Virus record (IMG/VR): IMGVR_UViG_3300025655_000017
Direction: 5' to 3' (one strand)
Source of the DNA: a virus
DNA: 64,000 bases
The first letter of the stretch is position 1, and the number at the start of each line of letters is the position of its first letter. Position numbers and translations under genes: made by a program. The notes beneath the pieces were generated by a model that did no database searches, had not been told where the DNA came from, and saw only the letters and a program-made list of their open reading frames with translations. Positions 11,825 to 23,670 of the stretch are shown here, piece after piece.

Positions 11825-13047
11825 TGTATTTAGTCGAAAAACATATAGTCGGGCAAAGCCATAAATATTACGATGAATGTGATAAGTTATCATATTTATC
11901 CAAGAATTTATATAATGCCAGTCTGTATAAAATCCGACAGCACTATAAGGAAACTAAAAAACATTTAAGCTATCCAGAAGTCTATCATAAAGTTAAAACT
12001 AGCGTTGACTATAAAGCACTACCTGCTAAAGTTAGCTGTCAAACCATTAAAAAGTTAGCTGAAAATTATAATTCTTTTTTTAAACTAGTAAAGGCTTTTA
12101 ATGATAAGAAAATTGAAAACTTTCCATCAATTCCAAAATATAAAAAAGAAAAGTACGGTCAGCTAGAACGGTTTTTAGTAGTTTATCCAAAACAAGCTTT
12201 AACGCTTAGAACTTTTAAAAAAGAAGGCAAAATACAACTTAGTAAGACTAATATAAAGTTAACCACTAAAGTTAGTAATTGGAATGATATAAAAGAGGTA
12301 AGAATAGTACCAAGGAAAAAATACTATATAGTTGAAGTAGTATATTTTAAACTTGAAAAGGAGTTAAAGCCTGATAATGGAAACTATGCTTCAATAGATG
12401 TTGGAATTAATAACTTAATGACTGTCGCTTTTAACAATAAAAGTATAAAGCCTTTAATTGTTAATGGTCGTCCTTTAAAGAGTTATAACCAGTATTTCAA
12501 TAAGAAACTAGCAAGTTTTAAAAGTGAGTTAGAGGTTAAGAATAAAGTTAAAACTTCAAAAAGGATTTCTTTATTAAATCTAAAAAGAACTAATAAGATA
12601 AACGATTATTTGCATAAGGTTACGACCGAGTTAGCGAATCAAATAGAGCTTCAAGGTGTTTGCCGTGTAATTTACGGACGCAACAAAGAATGGAAGCAAG
12701 ACGTTAATATAGGTAAGAAAAATAATCAGAATTTTGTCAGTATCCCGATGGATAAAATGCGAAGCATGTTGGAATATAAGTTAAAGCTTCGCGGTATTGA
12801 GATGGTTGAACAGGAAGAAGCTTATACATCAAAGTGTAGCTTTTTGGATTTGGAACCAATAAAAAAGCATGAAAAATACGCTGGTTATCGGAAGAGTCGT
12901 GGCATGTTTAAGAGCCGTGAGAAAGGCTTAATAAATGCCGATTTAAATGGAGCGTATAATATAATGCGAAAGGCAATCCCGAATGTTTATTCGGACGGGA
13001 CAGAGGGCTACGGAGTTAGCCCAGTGGTGTTGAAGATAAAACGATAA
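11824..13047 (+). CDS. tnpB: IS607-type RNA-guided nuclease TnpB
   Basis: SIDVGINN (RuvC-I), EEAYTSKCS, NADLNGAYNI (RuvC-III). Confidence 0.92.
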   Translation: MYLVEKHIVGQSHKYYDECDKLSYLSKNLYNASLYKIRQHYKETKKHLSYPEVYHKVKTSVDYKALPAKVSCQTIKKLAENYNSFFKLVKAFNDKKIENFPSIPKYKKEKYGQLERFLVVYPKQALTLRTFKKEGKIQLSKTNIKLTTKVSNWNDIKEVRIVPRKKYYIVEVVYFKLEKELKPDNGNYASIDVGINNLMTVAFNNKSIKPLIVNGRPLKSYNQYFNKKLASFKSELEVKNKVKTSKRISLLNLKRTNKINDYLHKVTTELANQIELQGVCRVIYGRNKEWKQDVNIGKKNNQNFVSIPMDKMRSMLEYKLKLRGIEMVEQEEAYTSKCSFLDLEPIKKHEKYAGYRKSRGMFKSREKGLINADLNGAYNIMRKAIPNVYSDGTEGYGVSPVVLKIKR

Positions 13048-13816
13048 ATTTTATCTTCAACCCACAAACAAAATATATTTCTATATATTTTGATACTCTT
13101 CATCTGAAAGATATATAATGTGTGTATTTTCATCTTCTAAGTAATGAAAATCAACTAGTGGATATTTTTCTTGACATTTCCCAATGATTTCTTTCCCAAG
13201 ATTTTCATAAATATCAAAATATGAACAGTATGGCTCATAACTTATATCAAGTGCCAAACATAAAGATACAAAATCTTTTTTTGTTATAGCATACTTGTTT
13301 ATTAGACTATTCAATAATGTTTCCATAAAAATCTTTATCTTTTAACAAAGATAAAATAAAAAAATGATTATTCCAAGTAATAGAGGTTAAAATAATATAA
13401 AAAGAGTGAATTTTTATTACTTTTTGAAAAACCATAGTGTTTTGTTCTGGATGTTATTGTGGAGCATAATGAACAAATTCTTTGCTCTTCTCGCTCATAT
13501 TTTTCACCACATATTTTTTCTCTGCACCTATCTTCATAGTCATATTTGTCATAAATCCATTTATGAGAATGAGTAAGAGACTCAGATATTTTTGTTAGTT
13601 CTGGTTTTATCGGTGATGTTGTAAGCACCCAATTAGAATAATATTCATAATAAATACATTCATATGTTTGTGCCGGAAGAAGATTTATGGTTAAGATTAA
13701 AAAACTAATTATATTTAAAAGCTTCATAGGTTTTTCTTATAATTAGGGTTGCCAACAGTTTTTATAATAAATGATTAATAATGTTTTTTTATGAAATTTA
13801 ATGCTATTTATGGATA

Positions 13817-14386
13817 ATGAAAAACTCAATAAAATTATCAGAATTTGCTAAAAGGCAGAGTATTACTTATCGTACTGCTCAAAATTGGTACTATAATGGT
13901 AAAATACCTAATTCCTATAAAGTTAATAATCATATTTACATTGAAATAAATGAAATAGAAGAATTTATTAACCCTAAAATAGTAGTATACGCAAGAGTAT
14001 CTTCTAACGATCAAAAAGATGATCTTAATAGGCAAATTGAAAGATTAAAATCTTATTGCGCTGCTAAAGGTTATATCATCTCTAAAGTTTATTCTGAAAT
14101 TGCCAGTGGGTTAAACGATAATCGTAAACAGTTTAATGCTATGCTCAATGATAAAGATGTCAATAAAATAGTAGTAGTCTCTAAAGATAGACTCACTAGA
14201 TTTGGGTTTAACTTTATTAAACTTTTAACCAAAAGACTAAACATTGAAATTGAAATTATTGATCAAACCGAAAAAGAAGAAAATTTAATAGAGGATTTTG
14301 TATCTATTATTACTTCTTTCTGCGCTAAAATTTACGGTAAAAGAAGTGGTAAAAATAAAATTAAAGAAATAACTAATATCCTTTGA
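13817..14386 (+). CDS. tnpA: IS607 serine recombinase transposase
   Basis: VYARVSS, DRLTRFGF, SFCAKIYG. Confidence 0.92.
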   Translation: MKNSIKLSEFAKRQSITYRTAQNWYYNGKIPNSYKVNNHIYIEINEIEEFINPKIVVYARVSSNDQKDDLNRQIERLKSYCAAKGYIISKVYSEIASGLNDNRKQFNAMLNDKDVNKIVVVSKDRLTRFGFNFIKLLTKRLNIEIEIIDQTEKEENLIEDFVSIITSFCAKIYGKRSGKNKIKEITNIL

Positions 14387-15591
14387 AGTTAACTGAAAAA
14401 CATATAATCAAAGCTAATCATTCTTTCTTTAAAGAATGCGATGAACTATGTTTCAAAAGTAAAAACGTCTATAATAGCAGTCTTTATTATTTTAGACAAA
14501 ATTTTATCCATAATAACGATTATAAAAACTATTATGAAACTTATTACGAATTAAGAACTAGTGAAGCTTATCAAGCATTGCCTGATAAAGTTAGCAAACA
14601 AACACTTAGAATGCTTGAAGGAAATAAATCTGCTTTCATTAGAGCTATTAAAGATTTTACTAAAAATCCCTCTAAGTATAAAGGTCGCCCTAAACTTCCA
14701 AAATATAAACATAAAACAGAAGGTCGGTTTGTTTGTGCTTATGAAAGAGGTTCAATTAGTAAAAAAGTATGGATTAAAGAAGGAAAGATAGGATTATCTC
14801 AAACTAATATAAAAATTAATCCTTATAAAGCTACATTTGATAATATCTGTCAAGTGAGAATAATCCCTAAAAAAGGTTATTTTATTATTGAACTTGTTTA
14901 TGAAGTATTATTGAAAGATAGAGTATCAGATAATAGAAAGTATGCAGCTATTGATTTAGGATTATCAAATTTATGCACAATAACTTTTAACGAAAAAGGC
15001 TGTCAACCGATAATCATTAACGGAAACGGATTAAAGAGCATTAATCAATTTTACAATAAGCGCAAAGCGGAATTACAAAGTAAACTTAAAAAAGAAAAAA
15101 CAAGTAAACAATTAAGAAAAATAGCATTAAAGAGAAACAACAAAATTAACAATCAGATACACAAAATAAGTTCTTATATAGTGAACCAAATAGTTTCAAG
15201 GGGAGTAAGCAAATTAGTAATTGGTTATAACCCGGAATGGAAACAAGGCATAAATATAGGGAAGAAAAATAATCAGAATTTTGTTAATATACCGTTCAAA
15301 AAATTGACAGATCAACTTCAGTATAAGCTTGATATTAAAGGAGTAGAATTAATATTAAGAGAAGAGAGTTATACTTCAAAATGTAGTTTTTTGGATTTGG
15401 AGGATATAAAAAAGAAGGAAAAGTATTGTGGCTACCGAAAGAGCAGAGGCATTTATAAGAGCTATGAATATGGTGTAATAAATGCTGACGTTAATGGCAG
15501 TTACAATATAATGAGAAAAGCATTCCCCGATATTTTTATGGAGGGGATAGAGGGCATTGCCGTATGCCCAGTGCGCGTTAACGTCGCATAA
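14383..15591 (+). CDS. tnpB: IS607-type TnpB nuclease
   Basis: AIDLGLSN, REESYTSKCS, NADVNGSYNI. Confidence 0.92.
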   Translation: MKLTEKHIIKANHSFFKECDELCFKSKNVYNSSLYYFRQNFIHNNDYKNYYETYYELRTSEAYQALPDKVSKQTLRMLEGNKSAFIRAIKDFTKNPSKYKGRPKLPKYKHKTEGRFVCAYERGSISKKVWIKEGKIGLSQTNIKINPYKATFDNICQVRIIPKKGYFIIELVYEVLLKDRVSDNRKYAAIDLGLSNLCTITFNEKGCQPIIINGNGLKSINQFYNKRKAELQSKLKKEKTSKQLRKIALKRNNKINNQIHKISSYIVNQIVSRGVSKLVIGYNPEWKQGINIGKKNNQNFVNIPFKKLTDQLQYKLDIKGVELILREESYTSKCSFLDLEDIKKKEKYCGYRKSRGIYKSYEYGVINADVNGSYNIMRKAFPDIFMEGIEGIAVCPVRVNVA

Positions 15592-15965
15592 ATTAAATTG
15601 CATGGTTTTTCATGTAATTTGGAAATGGTAACGCCAATATAAAATATTGTTCCCAAAATATAGGCATATATATCCATTATGTCATAAGTTTTAGATGGTA
15701 TATATATTTGTAAAATCTCGTAAATAATTAATAATAATAAAGTTAAGAAACTATGAAGATAAAGATTATACTTTTTTTCATTAGTGAAGGGATAAAAAAG
15801 TGCCATTATTCCTCCACTTGAAAAGAAATCTGAACCTTGAAATCTTAAAATAACATTATATTGATCTGAACCTTGAATATATATTTCAAAGATAAGCCCC
15901 ACTATTAAAAAAATATTTGATATTACAATTGAAGGCACAAAATTTTTATTCATATTTTTCTCCAT
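15501..15965 (-). CDS. VanZ-like membrane protein, C-terminus interrupted by IS607 copy 2
   Basis: YEILQIYIPSKTYDIMDI motif plus TM segments; native tail lies at ~13724-13753. Confidence 0.55.
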   Translation of the reverse strand: MEKNMNKNFVPSIVISNIFLIVGLIFEIYIQGSDQYNVILRFQGSDFFSSGGIMALFYPFTNEKKYNLYLHSFLTLLLLIIYEILQIYIPSKTYDIMDIYAYILGTIFYIGVTISKLHEKPCNLIYATLTRTGHTAMPSIPSIKISGNAFLIIL

Positions 15966-16118
15966 TTAAACGCTTTCGAATTTGTTCAGTATTAAAGTCG
16001 CTTTTCACTGGCTCATCACCAATAGTATATATTGGCAACTGTTATTACACAATTAATATCCATAATTCTCTGACTTAAACAATCTACGCAAACCTCTTGC
16101 TTAATAATTTCTTTCATT

Positions 16119-16547
16119 TTAATATATTTTATTCGCTGTGAATTCTTTATCAAGTGCATCCCAATCAACCATCATATTATTAACCATAGCAGCTTTCTTT
16201 AATGGAATTAACGGAGTAATGTCATCAATAAAGATTGTTTGTTCTTCTTTCATTTCACTCCAATCCCACCTCATATAAGGATTGATCTTTTTATTTAAAA
16301 CTCCTGTTAATGGCAATAACTCTATATTTTTGTTTTTAGAAAATCTTTCTGACCAATGAAACCAATTAGTTGCTTTTAAAAGATCATCCATAGATAGGTC
16401 AGCCCGATAAGAATTTAAAAATACGTCGTGCCCAGCATCTTGTATTTTTCTAATTACTTCAATGCATCCAAAATTGCATCGCCCCATTCTAGGGTAATCA
16501 TGTTCAACGCAAGTGCCATCGAAATCTAAATAAAATGTATAAATCAT
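16119..16547 (-). CDS. HAD-superfamily phosphatase
   Basis: LDFDGT motif I, FIDD motif IV. Confidence 0.75.
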   Translation of the reverse strand: MIYTFYLDFDGTCVEHDYPRMGRCNFGCIEVIRKIQDAGHDVFLNSYRADLSMDDLLKATNWFHWSERFSKNKNIELLPLTGVLNKKINPYMRWDWSEMKEEQTIFIDDITPLIPLKKAAMVNNMMVDWDALDKEFTANKIY

Positions 16548-17807
16548 TTGTCGAAATAATTAAAAAATGTGGTAGCTTCTGCTGAATTAACAAAAGTTAT
16601 TTTAAAATTTGTATTTTGAAACAATTGAAATTTTGAAATCTCACCTTGTTCATAATTCTGAATTAAATCATGATTATAGTAGAATCGACCTCTATTATCC
16701 ATGAAAATATTTTTGTCAAAGGTTTCTTTAAAATGAGTATAAAAATGTCCCATAAACTCTATTAATTTATCAAACTTGCGTTCTTCGGAAGAGTCGAAAC
16801 GGCTATTATCATTATACCGTGATGCATTAACAAACTTTACTATTTTTCCATTTAGTTCTACTTTATAACACTTTACATCATCATAAATTTGTTCATATCT
16901 ACCAACGTGAAAAGTAGTAATTTTTAAGTGATCTTTTAATGAGAAGATAATTTCGTCAAGATCATTTTTATAATGATAATGATTCTTTTTATCAATACGG
17001 GAATAATAATCACTTTTGCTAATGAATTGATAATATTTCTCTAAGTTGTAGAAATTTATGATTTTCATAACAACTTTATCTTTGATTTTTTCATTTTTCT
17101 CTTTAACCTCAGCCACAACAGCAGCTTTAAACAATTTTGTTTGATCCTCAAGAAAATCATTTAAAATCAAATTTTCAGAATAGTTTACTTTAAAACTATC
17201 TTCAAATGATTGTAAGGCATCATTGTTTCGTGCAATTTGGGCAAAAATATCCCTACACTGTTCATAAAGATCAGCATCCATCAAAGGTTTAGCAGAGATT
17301 TTTAAATCTCTGGATTTTTTAATTACTGCATCAATATCAATCATAATTATTATAGTTTGTTACGATGTAAAGATAAGCATTATTATATTAATAACCAAAA
17401 GATTATTTACCTTTTGGAGTTAATTTTTCTTTTATATTATTATTACGACCTTTTAAAATTACAACCTGTTGTACAGGCATTATAATTTTACCCTTGGCAT
17501 CTAAAAATTTTGGTTTATTTTTTACTTCACTCATGGTAGCTTTGTTTAAATTTTTTATTAATATTGTTTAGTAATTTAATGATTTTTTGTAACGATCCAA
17601 GGCAGTGATAATAAACATCTTCCTTAAAACCATACGCCCTATCATGAACGGTGGAATATAATTGTAAGATAGAATCATCAATTACCAAATTTATGATATA
17701 TTCCTCACCATTAGTTTCTAGAGAACAATAAACGTTATAATTGGGATCATAAATGCCCTCTATTGATTCGTTTATTTTTTTTACAATTTTTAAATAATTC
17801 ATATTAG

Positions 17808-18602
17808 CTATTTTTTGAAAATTTGATAAATTGTTAAAACTCTTCCATTAGAGTGGTCTGATCCATCATAAAGCTGACCATCTTTTAAACAAAGTACATG
17901 ACCACTTATATCAATGATATATGTTCCATTATTGAGGTATTTTGCCACTGATTTTACTGTTGTACCGTTGACATCATCTAGTTTAGTTCCAGTTATTTTA
18001 TAACTGTCTTTCACCCAGATTTTACTCATATAGTAACAATGTTTACTGAAAATATAATCCCACCTAGAAATTTTCGTATTTGGGATAAGGGTATCAATAT
18101 CACCTATATTTTTAAGCTTATCATTATTCCACCCCAATGATTTCATTTCAGCTAAAACTATGTCATAATGAATATTCATTGCACTGGCAAGAGTATTGAT
18201 TTGACATCCGTTTTTTATCGCAGTATCATGTATGTCAAGATGAGGTAGTCTGATGCTCATACGTTTTTTCAGTGTTTTTTCAGGTTTCCCATCTGGATAA
18301 TAACGACTAAAATATAATGACATTTTATAATTCCCTATATAAAAACCCAATATATACATTTTTTCACCTGCTGCAATTATAAACAAATCATCATTATAAA
18401 GAACAAAAGTTTTGTAAGGATTGGGAAAATTAATAGAATTACTATTTACCTTAATAATTTTATTATAACCTAATGTCTTATACAAAGATATTTTTTCATC
18501 AATTTTTTCATAGCAAAAAATTTTAAATGGAAATACTATATTGCTATCAATATAATTTGTAAAATATTGATAAATGTTTTGAGGTTTTGTTAGTTCAAAC
18601 AT
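17808..18602 (-). CDS. Hypothetical protein with possible C-terminal papain-like (C-H-D) domain
   Basis: NGCQINTLA ... GHVLCLKDGQLYD. Confidence 0.35.
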   Translation of the reverse strand: MFELTKPQNIYQYFTNYIDSNIVFPFKIFCYEKIDEKISLYKTLGYNKIIKVNSNSINFPNPYKTFVLYNDDLFIIAAGEKMYILGFYIGNYKMSLYFSRYYPDGKPEKTLKKRMSIRLPHLDIHDTAIKNGCQINTLASAMNIHYDIVLAEMKSLGWNNDKLKNIGDIDTLIPNTKISRWDYIFSKHCYYMSKIWVKDSYKITGTKLDDVNGTTVKSVAKYLNNGTYIIDISGHVLCLKDGQLYDGSDHSNGRVLTIYQIFKK

Positions 18603-19227
18603 GGAAAAAATATAATGGTGGGTTAAATCTAATAATTTAACCCACCAGTTTGTTTGCTAATTAATTATCATGCAAATCAATCATTGTATTTTCATACTCC
18701 AAGTCTTGTAGAGAATTAAAATGAGTAGCCATACTCTTATCGTCAAAAAGCTTACGATAAGATTCAACCATATCAGCCAGTTCCTGTTTTTGTGCAGGTG
18801 TACCACTATGAATGTTAATCACTGGCATAATCCGGCATGATTTCCCATTCATAAAGCGATTTGCAATAAACTTTACAATTGTTGTACCATCTTCCCCATG
18901 AGGAAGAGAAATAACATCTGTATTTTCCAAACCCTCATCTCGGATGAGAAATTTAAGATCATCAATATCGTTGAATGTTTCAAACTGAGCTGGAACACTC
19001 AAATTAGTTTTATTAAATACAATAATCATAATAGAATGTTTTAAAAATAAATAATTTTGGTTATTTTGATAAGTCAAAGATAGTAGGAATATTTCCTAAT
19101 TCCCTATAACTTTTTTTTATTTTAGTTGTTAAGAATAGAACAAAGATAATCACAAAATATGATATAAACAAGAAAAGCTGCAAAAAAATTAATCTTTGCA
19201 GCTTTTTCCCTTCAGTAATGATATGTT

Positions 19228-19965
19228 TTAATAATCTTCTTTTAATGTCTCTTTAAAATCTTTTGATTTTCTACCATCCCAGTTTTGCCCCCACACTCTT
19301 TCCGATGCTATATGTATTGCAATAATTTCGGGGATTAATATACGTCGGCTCCTGTGCCACATTTTTGAAAACAATAAATCACAATGATCGAAGCCATTTT
19401 TTTCTGTGAAGGGATATTTTTCAAAATAATCCATGTGAGCCATTTGAAAAAATCCTAGTGGATTCCAACCATCAAATTTACCACCATCTCCCTGCTGACC
19501 ATAATAATGACATATCCTTGCACCAACAGACAAATTATCTAAATCAACAAGCCAATTATCCTTTATTAATTTATTAGGGTTATCAATGTATTTCAAGAGT
19601 TCAGGCATATTATTAAAATTCACTCTATCACACCCATAAAGATTTTGTTTGTTCCAACTCATTTCGGAAAAAACTCTTTTAGTAATAGGAGGAAATAAAA
19701 TATCAGAGTCTAAAAATAATACCCAGTCATTTTCTTTTATTAGTTCAAGTGCTTTGTTTATTCCCTTGAATTTATTAAATTTCCCGTTATCATTGAAATC
19801 ACAAAAGACAGGTGTTAATCCATATGTGTGGCATATATCAATTGTAGCTTTATCTTCTTTAACAGTGCAGATATACCACTTTTTAAAAAGGTTTTGGTTT
19901 ATTAGCGCACTCCACGCTAAAAAATCAGAATAGTTAACGCAGACAGTAATTGCGATTGGCTTCAT
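19228..19965 (-). CDS. Glycosyltransferase, GT-A/GT2-like
   Basis: FNKFKGINKAL, WVLFLDSDI (DxD); late motif at 19972-19979. Confidence 0.75.
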   Translation of the reverse strand: MKPIAITVCVNYSDFLAWSALINQNLFKKWYICTVKEDKATIDICHTYGLTPVFCDFNDNGKFNKFKGINKALELIKENDWVLFLDSDILFPPITKRVFSEMSWNKQNLYGCDRVNFNNMPELLKYIDNPNKLIKDNWLVDLDNLSVGARICHYYGQQGDGGKFDGWNPLGFFQMAHMDYFEKYPFTEKNGFDHCDLLFSKMWHRSRRILIPEIIAIHIASERVWGQNWDGRKSKDFKETLKEDY

Positions 19966-20042
19966 TTTTATTATAAATAGAAAATTTATATGCCATTAGC
20001 ATATTTTTATTATAAAAAATCAATATTTATAATAAAAATATT

Positions 20043-20396
20043 ATGTTGAATATTTACAAGATAAATAAAAACTTTGAAAAAATATTTGAAGGTGTAATTT
20101 CTAATAAAAAAATTCTTAGTGAGGGAAGATATGACAACGATGCTGACGAATTTACACCTCATGGTTATTATACAGTAAGTAATAGCGGAGGATATGAAAT
20201 AGAATTACATGTTAGTGGCGATGCCGCTAGATTGAGAAGTTTTAATGGTGGGCAACCTGTTGTAACTGATTGGCTTGAAATAGAACATGTTCAAATAGAT
20301 GATGTTGATGATGAAGGTGACCAAGAATCCATTCCTGTAATTGACCCAAACGGTTATAATATTCCTTTAAATATGGTAATGAGAATGCATAGATAA
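20043..20396 (+). CDS. Putative head-packaged late protein
   Basis: TATTTATA at 20024-20031; N-terminal IFE/LSE motifs. Confidence 0.5.
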   Translation: MLNIYKINKNFEKIFEGVISNKKILSEGRYDNDADEFTPHGYYTVSNSGGYEIELHVSGDAARLRSFNGGQPVVTDWLEIEHVQIDDVDDEGDQESIPVIDPNGYNIPLNMVMRMHR

Positions 20397-20431
20397 AAAA
20401 GTCCCAATATTATTAATATTGGGACTTTTTT
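20395..20431. terminator. Bidirectional intrinsic terminator
   Basis: A6-GTCCCAATATT/AATATTGGGAC-T6 inverted repeat between convergent genes. Confidence 0.85.
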
Positions 20432-20436
20432 ATCTA

Positions 20437-21051
20437 TTAAAAATACAATAATGTCATACCATTTTTTTTAACATCTTTATCGTTAAAACCAAATTCTCTT
20501 AAAGAGTCATATAGTTTATCCATTCTTACTGGGTCAAAAATAATATGATAACCATTTAAAGTATTATTGATAATTAAAGCACTACCCTCATTTTTACAAT
20601 ATAATTTTCGATTATCGTATAAAATTTGAATAAGATCAAGGCGCAATTTTTCATTATTTAATTCATCTACATCTAAAATAAATTTTTTAAATAATGAGTT
20701 ACATTGACCATAAGCTTTATGATAGGCACCTTCATAGGTTCTATAATTATTTTGTTCAGCATATTGTGCTAGAATAACCATTAGTTTCTTAGCTACTGCT
20801 ACATAGCTCTTGGGATTAATTTCTAAATAAGCCCTAGCATTTTTAGTTTCACATTGATCTATAATTTTACCAATTAATTTATCATAATCAGCCATAGAAA
20901 AAATGTAATAAAAACGAATGAGTTTTTCACCAGTTTTCATTTCCTCATTACCAGCATCTTTACGACGCTTAATAATTTGAATTCTATAACAAGTATGTTC
21001 ATTGGTAAAATCTAAAAAATTATGCAGAAATTCTATATTATTTACTTTCAT
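20437..21051 (-). CDS. Archaeo-eukaryotic primase (AEP)-like protein
   Basis: ARAY, FILDVD, TLNGYHII motifs. Confidence 0.5.
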   Translation of the reverse strand: MKVNNIEFLHNFLDFTNEHTCYRIQIIKRRKDAGNEEMKTGEKLIRFYYIFSMADYDKLIGKIIDQCETKNARAYLEINPKSYVAVAKKLMVILAQYAEQNNYRTYEGAYHKAYGQCNSLFKKFILDVDELNNEKLRLDLIQILYDNRKLYCKNEGSALIINNTLNGYHIIFDPVRMDKLYDSLREFGFNDKDVKKNGMTLLYF

Positions 21052-21909
21052 TATATTCTGTTAAAAAAACGTGATAAAATTGTGGATAATTTTTCTCCAA
21101 GTACTGTTGAAAATTATCACTTTCTTTTTGTTCGTCATAAAAATCAAAAAAATCCATATCTCCCATCACATAGATATAATGGTCTATGATTTGATCAGGA
21201 TTCATTTTCTTATAACCGTAGAAATCTAACTGGGGTACTCCACTGCTATCATAATATAAACAATTCATGAACTGTTTATTATATTCATAAAATTTGGGCA
21301 GATACTGAAGATGTACTTGATAGCAAATTTCCCCATTATTATCTTCGGTATCTTTTTTTATGGAGATAAAACGCAAAACCACACCATCATCTATATCCTG
21401 ATCATATAAACCATAATCAGAACAATTTTTTACTTTGAGTAAAACATTCTCTTTTTGTTTGAGATTAATTAATTTTTTAGCTTTCATAAAAGTTCTTTAG
21501 TTTTAAAAATATGGTTTTTAATATATTATTTTCACTTTTAATATTTATTACTTCTTTTTCGTTCAAATAAACATATTCTGAGCTTTCGCAGAATGCATCT
21601 ATTTCCTTTATTTTTTTGTTCTAACCGATAGTAAGATTCAATCAACAAAAGATGATTAACAACCCTAATTATTTCTTTATCGCTAAAGCTGGTTTTTAAA
21701 AAAATAGGTTTATAAAAATGATCATATAAATAATTATTCCAAGCCTTATAGGTGAAAACTTCTTCAATGAATTTAGCTTGTTTAAAGTTGGCTAATAATT
21801 CATTATTTGCCATTGCACCAACATTCAAATAATGAATAATTCAACATCATTAAAAGTTTTCAAGATAGGTTTTAAGCTATCTGATAATAATTCAGTGATA
21901 TTGCTGGCA

Positions 21910-22299
21910 TCAGTTTTTTTTGAATTGGTCATAATCGTAACATTTTACTTCGTTGTTAATAAAACCTACCTCACCATTGCATGAATTAACAAATCTAATT
22001 TCAGCAAAGGTTAATGGCCGACCTATTTGTTCAATTTTTTCTACATATTCTTGTTTTAACCACCCATTATTTAATAATTCCGTTTTGGCAAATTGTGGAT
22101 CATCAATTTTTGATTCTTTCTGATTGTGGTTAAAATCATTAATATTTATTAGAATTTTAATTACAAATGTTTTATTTTCATTTGCATAAACAATTCTAGT
22201 ATTTCCCTCATTTTCATAGAAAAACAATTCACCATCAACAATTACACATTGTTGTTTAAGATCATTAATTAAACTTTCTTGTTGAATTTCATTTTTCAT
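21910..22299 (-). CDS. Small kinase-like protein
   Basis: EGNTRIVY...FVIK...NQKE...CYDY pattern. Confidence 0.35.
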   Translation of the reverse strand: MKNEIQQESLINDLKQQCVIVDGELFFYENEGNTRIVYANENKTFVIKILININDFNHNQKESKIDDPQFAKTELLNNGWLKQEYVEKIEQIGRPLTFAEIRFVNSCNGEVGFINNEVKCYDYDQFKKN

Positions 22300-22380
22300 A
22301 ACTAAATAATTTTTTTAACAAGTGAATTACTATTATTATGACATAAAGATACAATTAAATTTTGTTAATTCCTAATTAAT

Positions 22381-22947
22381 TTAGAAAAACAGTAAAAATA
22401 CATTCAGGAAAAAAGAACTAACAATAGCTCCCTGAATCCATTTATAATAACTCTTATCTATTTGTTCTTTTTCGGGCAATCCATAATAAAGATGGGCAAC
22501 TCCATAAAACAAATCACCCAGTAATTTATTTGTTAGTGCCATATTCACAAAAATAGAATTAGGTAGTTCTTGATTGATTAAAATAATGGCCATTAAGCAT
22601 GTTACAAACCATGCGAAGCCCTTCACGCTACTTTTATTCACATGTTGAGTCAGTATGAACTGAATCAACAAAAATACCCCAAAACAGCTTAAAAACCATA
22701 TTAAATGGCTACCTTCATTAAGGTGATAATATACAATGAAAATATCTAGCATGAACCAAATTCCATTCCTTAAACGTTGACCTTTACTATCTGCCTTTAT
22801 GGAATAAAGAAGCTCGTAAGAAATATTGTAACAACAAACAATTAGGGGGATCATCGCATATTTTTCATTGACAGCAATCAATATAAAAAATATGTATGTT
22901 AGTGCCCAACATATTGCACCCAACCATTTAAGATGATTATATTTCAC
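22381..22947 (-). CDS. Multi-TM protein resembling Pyr4/PaxB-type membrane terpene cyclases
   Basis: W..TY, MIPL..CYNISYE.LY, WFMLD pattern. Confidence 0.45.
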   Translation of the reverse strand: MKYNHLKWLGAICWALTYIFFILIAVNEKYAMIPLIVCCYNISYELLYSIKADSKGQRLRNGIWFMLDIFIVYYHLNEGSHLIWFLSCFGVFLLIQFILTQHVNKSSVKGFAWFVTCLMAIILINQELPNSIFVNMALTNKLLGDLFYGVAHLYYGLPEKEQIDKSYYKWIQGAIVSSFFLNVFLLFF

Positions 22948-23670
22948 GTTTGTAACATTTAAGTTTACAACCAGTAAACTAGGAGATTATTTTGAGCATC
23001 TTGTTCATACTCTTTTTTAGCTTCTGAAAATGCTTCTCTGCCATACCAATAAGCACTAATCTTAGCGGGTTTTGTTGCATCTAAAGCATGATATGCCCTA
23101 TTTGCTTCATCAGTAGTTTCAAACACAAATGTTTCTTCACAGTACATCTGTGTTACTGCAATAGGATTAAACCCAGCATTTTTAATTATGGAGATACCTT
23201 TGTCAAAGTCCTCTAATAATAATTTGTGATTATATTCCATAGTAGTTTTTTTAGTACTCAACAAAGATAGTGAATTTCGTTTAAAATACCAATTTATTGA
23301 CAAATTTTTCTTAAAAAGAAAATAAACTAAAAATGGAGATATTGTGAATAAAATATCAGGGATTGAATTTTTAAGATAAAAAGCTCCCATTACGATAATG
23401 CTGTCATAAGCTTCTTTTAATAGGGCAATAACAAAACAGGCTAAAAAAGCATAACTTATTTTGTTATTATGTATTCCGATCACAAAAAAAAAATAATCCT
23501 ATGGTGAAGTGCCTCCCCCATCCGTTTGGATCAATTACCCACTTATGAAAAATAATATCCATTTTAGTTGTATTTTAGATTAAAAATAAGAAAATTTAAA
23601 TGGAAAGACAAATAAAAAAACATCATTTAAATTAATAAATGATGTTTTAAGTTATAGATTAATACAACAT

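Larger units (their letters stand above)
11156..13062 (+). mobile_element. IS607-family element, copy 1
   Basis: Overlapping tnpA+tnpB, antiparallel to flanking genes; CC dinucleotide at both putative ends; left boundary approximate. Confidence 0.85.
13752..15635 (+). mobile_element. IS607-family element, copy 2
   Basis: tnpA+tnpB; GCC core on both sides (13751-13753, 15633-15635); excision restores the reading ...FYIG-NPNYKKNL* of the interrupted gene. Confidence 0.9.

Noticed and set aside
11156-15635. IStron (group I intron-IS607 chimera)
   Set aside because: Left ends are only ~65-85 bp, and the elements are antisense to the interrupted genes
22965-23483. Novel membrane-soluble fusion protein
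   Set aside because: Looks like two genes joined, or a gene split, by homopolymer indels (A-run at ~23484); the second half has its own Met (MEYNHK)
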